Assembly: GCA_963816145.1 (NCBI GenBank)
Contig: CAWFJP010000009.1
Coordinates: 64,001-128,000, forward strand
Source: an uncultured delta proteobacterium
GTDB taxonomy: Bacteria; Desulfobacterota; Binatia; UBA9968
Reading direction: 5' to 3'
Length of the DNA stretch: 64,000 bases
Shown here in pieces: positions 59,188 to 64,000 of the stretch. Positions within the stretch are counted from its first letter, which is position 1; each line of letters starts with the position of its first letter. Made by a program: the position numbers and the translations under genes. The notes under the pieces are model-generated. The model searched no databases, was not told the DNA's origin, and was given only the letters and a program-made list of their open reading frames with translations.

Positions 59188-60207
59188 ATGTCGATGAAAA
59201 TTCAATCCCTCGCACTGGTCTTTCTTTTGACAAAGGTATCTCTGGCGTTGGGTCAGGTTGCCAATCCGGATCTCCTCGCCCAAGCCAAAAAGGAAGGGCG
59301 CGTCACCTGGTACACGACCGTGTCGATCCCGGAGAGCAAGCTATTTATCGACATGTTCGAGAGGCAATATCCGTTCATCAAGGTCGATTTGTTGCGGTCA
59401 GGGGCGGGGGCGTTGATCAATCGCGTCACCAGCGAATACGCGGCACGGAATTATTCCGCCGATGTGCTGCAAGGATTGTCGAGCCGCGGCGGGCTCAGCT
59501 TACTCAAAAAAAGAGAAATCCTTGGCCGCTATGTATCACCGGAGTTCAAAAATTTTCCTGCCGAGTTTAGCGACAAAGCGGGCTATTGGGGGTCAACCTT
59601 TCAAAACACCTTCGTGCTTGCCTACAACAAGCGCAACGTCAAACCGGACGACGTGCCGAAAATCTACGAAGATCTGTTGAAACCGATATGGAAAGGCCGG
59701 CAAATCATCAACGACACGGATAATTTTGAATGGTTCGACGGCTTGTTGCGTTTCTGGGGAAAGGACAAAGGGCTCGCCTACTTCCGCCGCCTGGCGGCGC
59801 AGGATCAGATATTTCAGCGCGGCGCGCGCGGGCGCATCCAACTGGTCGCAGCAGGCGAAGCGCCTTTGGCGATCGGCTACGGACCTCACGCCCAAAGCTT
59901 CGTCAACCAAGGCGCGCCCATCGAGTGGGTTGCGCTTGAACCGGTGGTTGTGATCATCAGCACGACCAGCATCGCGGCGCGCGCTCCCCATCCGGCCGCC
60001 GCGCGGCTGTTCTACGATTTTCTGTTTTCAAGAAGCGCGCAACTGAAACTGCGGGAACTCAGCCGAATTCCGACGCGCAGCGATGTCGACGCCGATCCGC
60101 CACGTCTTAACAAAGGCTTCAAGAAGGTCGTGCAGGATTTGGAGAATGAAAATATGGCCGAGTCGATCAAATTGTTTCAGCAGGTATTCGGTTTGGCGCC
60201 GGGCTGA
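59188..60207 (+). CDS. ABC solute-binding protein, Fe3+/thiamine/AfuA-like
   Basis: Signal peptide, AKKEGRVTWYT, LAYN, YEDLLKPIWKG, APHPAAARLFYDF. Confidence 0.88.
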   Translation: MSMKIQSLALVFLLTKVSLALGQVANPDLLAQAKKEGRVTWYTTVSIPESKLFIDMFERQYPFIKVDLLRSGAGALINRVTSEYAARNYSADVLQGLSSRGGLSLLKKREILGRYVSPEFKNFPAEFSDKAGYWGSTFQNTFVLAYNKRNVKPDDVPKIYEDLLKPIWKGRQIINDTDNFEWFDGLLRFWGKDKGLAYFRRLAAQDQIFQRGARGRIQLVAAGEAPLAIGYGPHAQSFVNQGAPIEWVALEPVVVIISTTSIAARAPHPAAARLFYDFLFSRSAQLKLRELSRIPTRSDVDADPPRLNKGFKKVVQDLENENMAESIKLFQQVFGLAPG

Positions 60208-60292
60208 TTCCCAATGGGTTCCAACCGTTCCAATCGTTCCAGAGGTTCCAATCGTCGAGTTCCCGGGCTACCAGAGGTTTGAGAGTCGATTC

Positions 60293-61132
60293 ATGCCAAC
60301 TGTCAAGCTGAACGGTGTCGAGATTTACTATGAAACTCAGGGGCGCGGCGAACCGGTTCTTCTGGTGCCGCCCAATTGGTGGCCTTGCGCGACTTGGAAG
60401 GTTACCGTGGTGCCGGTGTTGTCCAAGCGATTTCGCACGATCATTTACGACGGCCGCGGTACCGGCCGGAGCGCGCAGCCAAAGGATGGCTACAATGTCC
60501 GGCAGTTCGCGTTGGACGGCATCGAGTTGTTGCAGCAGTTGGGCGTTAGTCGTTGTCACCTCGTTGGATTTGCCATCGGCGGCCAGATCGTTCAGGCGAT
60601 GGCGATCGAGCGGCCGGAGTTGGTCGCGAGTCTGACGATTTCCACCACCGGACCGGGAGTGCGCCGGCTCGATGGCACGCTGCGCGAAGTGGGACCGGAA
60701 GCGCTGCATGAGATCAACAAGATCGGCTTCGAGAAATACATCCTCGAGCATATCGATAACGATCATATGGCCTACAACCCCGAGTTTTATACCAGCCATC
60801 GTCGACAGGCCGCAGAGTTGGCGCGGGCGCTTTGGTCGGGGCAAAGCACGGTGGAGCAGTATCGCATTCACGAACTGGCGCGGCTGACTTGGGACACGTT
60901 GGCGGAAGCGCCGAAGGTAAACGTGCCGACCTTGGTTCTTTGCGGCGCAGATGACGGCGTCGAGCGGCGCGGCAGCACCCCGGAGGCGACGGCGCGGCGA
61001 CTGGCGCCGTTGATTCCCGGCGCTGAATTGGCTTTGATCCCCGGCGTCAGGCATATGACGTTTTGGGATGGCGATGGAGCGTTGAAAGCGTTGCAGGAGT
61101 TCTTAGAGCGTCATGCGATTGGCGCTAAATAG
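60293..61132 (+). CDS. Alpha/beta-hydrolase-fold protein lacking nucleophile (GFAIGG), paralog 3
   Basis: MPTVKLNGVEIYYE, PPNWWP, YDGRGTGRS, GFAIGG, LCGADD, RHMTFW. Confidence 0.85.
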   Translation: MPTVKLNGVEIYYETQGRGEPVLLVPPNWWPCATWKVTVVPVLSKRFRTIIYDGRGTGRSAQPKDGYNVRQFALDGIELLQQLGVSRCHLVGFAIGGQIVQAMAIERPELVASLTISTTGPGVRRLDGTLREVGPEALHEINKIGFEKYILEHIDNDHMAYNPEFYTSHRRQAAELARALWSGQSTVEQYRIHELARLTWDTLAEAPKVNVPTLVLCGADDGVERRGSTPEATARRLAPLIPGAELALIPGVRHMTFWDGDGALKALQEFLERHAIGAK

Positions 61133-61146
61133 ATTGGCAGACTTGT

Positions 61147-61228
61147 TTCACCACGAAGACACGAAGCACACGAAGTTTTCGGCGAATATCAATTCTGAAC
61201 TTCGTGCTCGTCGTGCCTTCGTGGTGAG
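61147..61228. repeat. Palindromic CACCACGAAG element, copy 2 (between convergent genes)
   Basis: TTCACCACGAAGACACGAAGCACACGAAG...CTTCGTGCTCGTCGTGCCTTCGTGGTGAG. Confidence 0.85.
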
Positions 61229-61235
61229 ATGCTCC

Positions 61236-62087
61236 CTAAGCGAATTTCGCGGTTACCACCATTGCCAGATTGCCTTTCCCATCCACCGCCCAGAGAGTGG
61301 CGTCCCGGCCGTCGGCGCTTGGATTGCCATACAGAGTGAACTTGCCGTCGCTGTCATAGACCGAGCGCAGGTTTTGAAAGTCGAAGTTGGTCATGCGCTT
61401 GGCCGGCAATTCTCTGCGGCACATTTCCATTAACAGCTGGGAGATCAGCGAGCTCTGCACCACCAAGCCCGGCAGCTTTTCCACCTTGGTCACGTAATCG
61501 CGGTCGTAGTGAATGCGGTGGCTATTGAAGCGGATCGCCGAGAAGCGGAACAGCAGCGGCGGATTGGGCTCGACGGTCTGGTTCCATTTAGCCGCGCTAG
61601 GAATGGCGGGTGAAGTTTTGGGCGCTGCGTCGGCTCTGGCTTCGCTCAACATGACCGTGTCGCGTTCTTCGACGACGCATAGGCCGCGCGCGGTGGACAT
61701 GCTGTTGCGCTCGACGATGGTCACTTGTTCGCCGCCGTCGTCGATGCGCAGATCGGCGATCTCGGTCTTGCGCGTGACGTCATCACCAATTCGTAAGGGT
61801 TCATGAAACGACACGCGCGTGCCGCCTATTCTTCGTCGCGGTAGCGGGATCGCCGGCATGAAGCCGCCGCCCGCTGCTTGTCCGTCGGTGCGCATTTTGT
61901 CCGGCCGGTGCGAGGCCGGAAACAGTCCGCCGTACCAGCCGGGCGGGATCGCCGCGCCTTTTTCCAGCGGCGGATTCTCCAGACCCAACGTCGCGGCGAA
62001 CTTTACCATTGTCGATGCGGTCACGACATCCGTCGCGCTCTCGCTCTTGCCAATATAGCTTTTGAAGCTCTCAAGCGATTCAGCCAT
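61236..62087 (-). CDS. Double hot-dog (R)-specific enoyl-CoA hydratase, mesaconyl-C4/itaconyl-CoA hydratase (HTD2)-like
   Basis: PPGWY, PLPRRRIGG, LFRFSAIRFNSHRIHYDRDY, PGLVV. Confidence 0.82.
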   Translation of the reverse strand: MAESLESFKSYIGKSESATDVVTASTMVKFAATLGLENPPLEKGAAIPPGWYGGLFPASHRPDKMRTDGQAAGGGFMPAIPLPRRRIGGTRVSFHEPLRIGDDVTRKTEIADLRIDDGGEQVTIVERNSMSTARGLCVVEERDTVMLSEARADAAPKTSPAIPSAAKWNQTVEPNPPLLFRFSAIRFNSHRIHYDRDYVTKVEKLPGLVVQSSLISQLLMEMCRRELPAKRMTNFDFQNLRSVYDSDGKFTLYGNPSADGRDATLWAVDGKGNLAMVVTAKFA

Positions 62088-62167
62088 TGCCCACCTCCGT
62101 GTTTTTGCTTTCGAGTGCAGCGAATTTCGGTCGTCCTGCGCTTGCTAAATCTATGTGCGCATGAACG

Positions 62168-62458
62168 CTAGCGAGTCCGATTATATGTGTAATCCTCGCG
62201 CGCCGTTGTGCCGACGCGCAGCTCTGCCGGCAGCGGCGGCCGGGTAGTGTTTACCTTGGAATGGACATCCAGAGCCGCTTGGTCGGTCCAGCGTTCGAGG
62301 ATCACCAGATGGTCAGGGTTGACGACGCTTTGGAAGACTTCGAATTGTTCGCAACCGGGCTCTTTGACGATGTCTTCGCAGCGGGCTTTGTATAGTTTGC
62401 CGAGTTCGCTGCCTTTGCCGGGTGCCGCGGTGATCGTGACAATGAGTCGAACTGCCAT
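62168..62458 (-). CDS. ABM-family (putative quinol monooxygenase) protein
   Basis: ITAAPGK, EPGCEQFE, ILERWTDQAALDVH; AAGGAG RBS. Confidence 0.88.
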   Translation of the reverse strand: MAVRLIVTITAAPGKGSELGKLYKARCEDIVKEPGCEQFEVFQSVVNPDHLVILERWTDQAALDVHSKVNTTRPPLPAELRVGTTAREDYTYNRTR

Positions 62459-62576
62459 AGGGTACTCCTTGGTGCGCGGTTAATTGGCGCGTGAATTAAT
62501 CGGAACAGCGGCGACTATCGTCCAAATGGCGTGATGGTGTCAAGACGGAATCTATCACACGGTTGATCAATCGACT

Positions 62577-62794
62577 TTCACCACGAAGAGACTGTGTCGC
62601 AATGAGCAAATGCCCCACATCTGTCATCCCGAGCGCAGCGAGGGATCTCGTGTTTTCAGCCACATACGAAGAAGAGATTTCTCGGCTTCACCTCGAAATG
62701 ACAGTTGCGACACAGTCTGGAAGGCACGAAGGACACGAAGCGCTCGGATCAATAAGATTTCCGAACGTCGTGCTCTTCATGCCTTGATGGTGAA
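62577..62794. repeat. Palindromic CACCACGAAG element, copy 3, interrupted by a MITE
   Basis: TTCACCACGAA[132-bp insert]GAAGGCACGAAGGACACGAAG...CGTGCTCTTCATGCCTTGATGGTGAA. Confidence 0.8.
62588..62719. mobile_element. 132-bp MITE-like element, copy 2
   Basis: TIRs GAGACTGTGTCGCAA...TTGCGACACAGTCTG, flanked by GAA on both sides. Confidence 0.85.
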
Positions 62795-62828
62795 ATGAAT
62801 ACTTACACGACTCCCACCCGCGGCTGGA

Positions 62829-63491
62829 TCATTTGCTAGTCAAACTTTGTAGCAGCGGTTCCAATACCTTCCAGACATTGGCGGCGACGATTTCGTGGCC
62901 CTTGGCGGTGGGATGGATGCCATCAGGCAGATTCAATTCGCGAATGCCGCCGACGTGTTCCAGGACAAAGGGGATGAGCAGGGCGTCGTGCTTTTTCGCC
63001 AGGTCCGTGTAGATCGTGGCGAATTTCTTGGCGTAGTCGGCGCCCATATTGGGAGGCACTTTCATGCCGGCCAATATGATTTTGACTTGCGGGTATTTTG
63101 TTCGCGTGAGCTCGATGATCGCTTGGAGATTCTCCCGGGTGGTTTCCGGAGGCAGGCCGCGCAGGCCGTCATTGCCGCCGAGTTCCAAGACTAGGATGTC
63201 GACTCGCGAGCGCAGGAGCCAATCCAAACGGTTCAAACCGCTGGCGCTGGTGTCGCCGCTTTGGCCGGCGTTGACGGTTCGGAACGGCCACTTTTTGGCG
63301 TCGATCTTTTCTTGGATCAGCGCGGGGTAGGCTTGCGACGGTTCCAGGCCGTAGCCGGCGGTGATGCTGTCGCCAAGGAACAGAATGTTCTTTGGTTGAG
63401 GTGCCGCGGCGGTGAGGCCTATCAAGAAGCAAAAAAACAAGCCGACCTGTCCGAGGTTCAAACTTCTCAAACTGTGTTGTGTCGCCATCAT
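62829..63491 (-). CDS. tesA: SGNH/GDSL arylesterase, acyl-CoA thioesterase I-like
   Basis: FLGDSITAG, NAGQSGDTS, ELGGNDGLRG, DGIHP; divergent from a ybbA-like ATPase as in the conserved tesA-ybbAP locus. Confidence 0.85.
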   Translation of the reverse strand: MMATQHSLRSLNLGQVGLFFCFLIGLTAAAPQPKNILFLGDSITAGYGLEPSQAYPALIQEKIDAKKWPFRTVNAGQSGDTSASGLNRLDWLLRSRVDILVLELGGNDGLRGLPPETTRENLQAIIELTRTKYPQVKIILAGMKVPPNMGADYAKKFATIYTDLAKKHDALLIPFVLEHVGGIRELNLPDGIHPTAKGHEIVAANVWKVLEPLLQSLTSK

Positions 63492-63578
63492 ATTAGTTCT
63501 AAATTCGCTCTACTTAGTTTACAATTGCTTCGACGCGGAGCGTTTCGATTCGTTTACTTTCGTCTAAGTGCAACCGGC

Positions 63579-64000
63579 ATGAGCACCGACAATATCCTAA
63601 CAGTAGAGCATTTAAGTAAGGAATTTAAGAGCGGCGACGACACGGTTCACGTCTTGAGCGACGTCTCGTTTGCCATCGAACGCGGTACAAGCTGTGCCGT
63701 TGTCGGCCCTTCGGGCAGTGGCAAGACGACTTTGATCGCCATCTGCGCCGGTCTGGAGCGGCCGAGCCAGGGCGCTGTGGAATTCGACGGCGTAGCCTTG
63801 CACAAGGGGAGCGAAGAGCAGTTAGCCCGCATCCGCAACCAATCCATCGGCTTTATCTTTCAAAGCTTTCAACTGCTGCCATCGCTGACGGCTTTGGAAA
63901 ACGTCATGGTGCCGGCGGAGATCAGTGGCGAACGCATGGTGCGGGCGAGCGCGCTCGAGCTGCTCGGCCGCGTTGGCCTGCGCAATCGCATGTATCATTA
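63579..64000 (+). CDS. ybbA: ABC ATP-binding protein, YbbA/LolD-like; 3'-truncated by window edge
   Basis: Not in the ORF track. Translates MSTDNILTVEHLSKEF...GPSGSGKTT...IGFIFQSFQLLPSLTALENV. Confidence 0.8.
   Translation, partial: MSTDNILTVEHLSKEFKSGDDTVHVLSDVSFAIERGTSCAVVGPSGSGKTTLIAICAGLERPSQGAVEFDGVALHKGSEEQLARIRNQSIGFIFQSFQLLPSLTALENVMVPAEISGERMVRASALELLGRVGLRNRMYH

Noticed and set aside
60083-60292. N-terminal extensions of ORFs 60083, 58061, 26287, 10867 and 35771
   Set aside because: They run through upstream genes or repeat tracts; paralog alignment and RBS positions support the later starts.

Overview
GC-rich bacterial window with no rRNA, tRNA or CRISPR that I can see. The gene style (very many orphan SsuA/THI5-type solute-binding proteins, amidohydrolases, family III CoA-transferases, intergenic micro-repeats) suggests a Candidatus Binatia-like deltaproteobacterium, which is inference only. 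1-10.5 kb is an envelope/lipid cluster: B12 radical SAM C-terminus, DUF4105/Lnb-like, AsmA-like, MscS and a lipoprotein lipase. The remainder is a scavenging/catabolic region with about 19 solute-binding proteins, a hydroxycinnamoyl-CoA hydratase-lyase cluster, a TAXI-TRAP system and one ABC importer. The best hidden feature is at 19995-20603, where two apparent ORFs form one UGSC-motif selenoprotein: an in-frame UGA gives U-G-S-C and a perfect SECIS-like hairpin starts at +11. It is followed by an uncharacterised partner gene, with a palindrome-flanked DUF559 nuclease inserted between them. A second candidate new system is a 9-gene operon (50852-61132) with three alpha/beta-hydrolase-fold paralogs that all lack the catalytic nucleophile, an atypical stand-alone TPP E1 alpha/beta pair and an ABC importer. 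About eight 1-2 nt insertion frameshifts in otherwise intact genes are probably sequencing errors.
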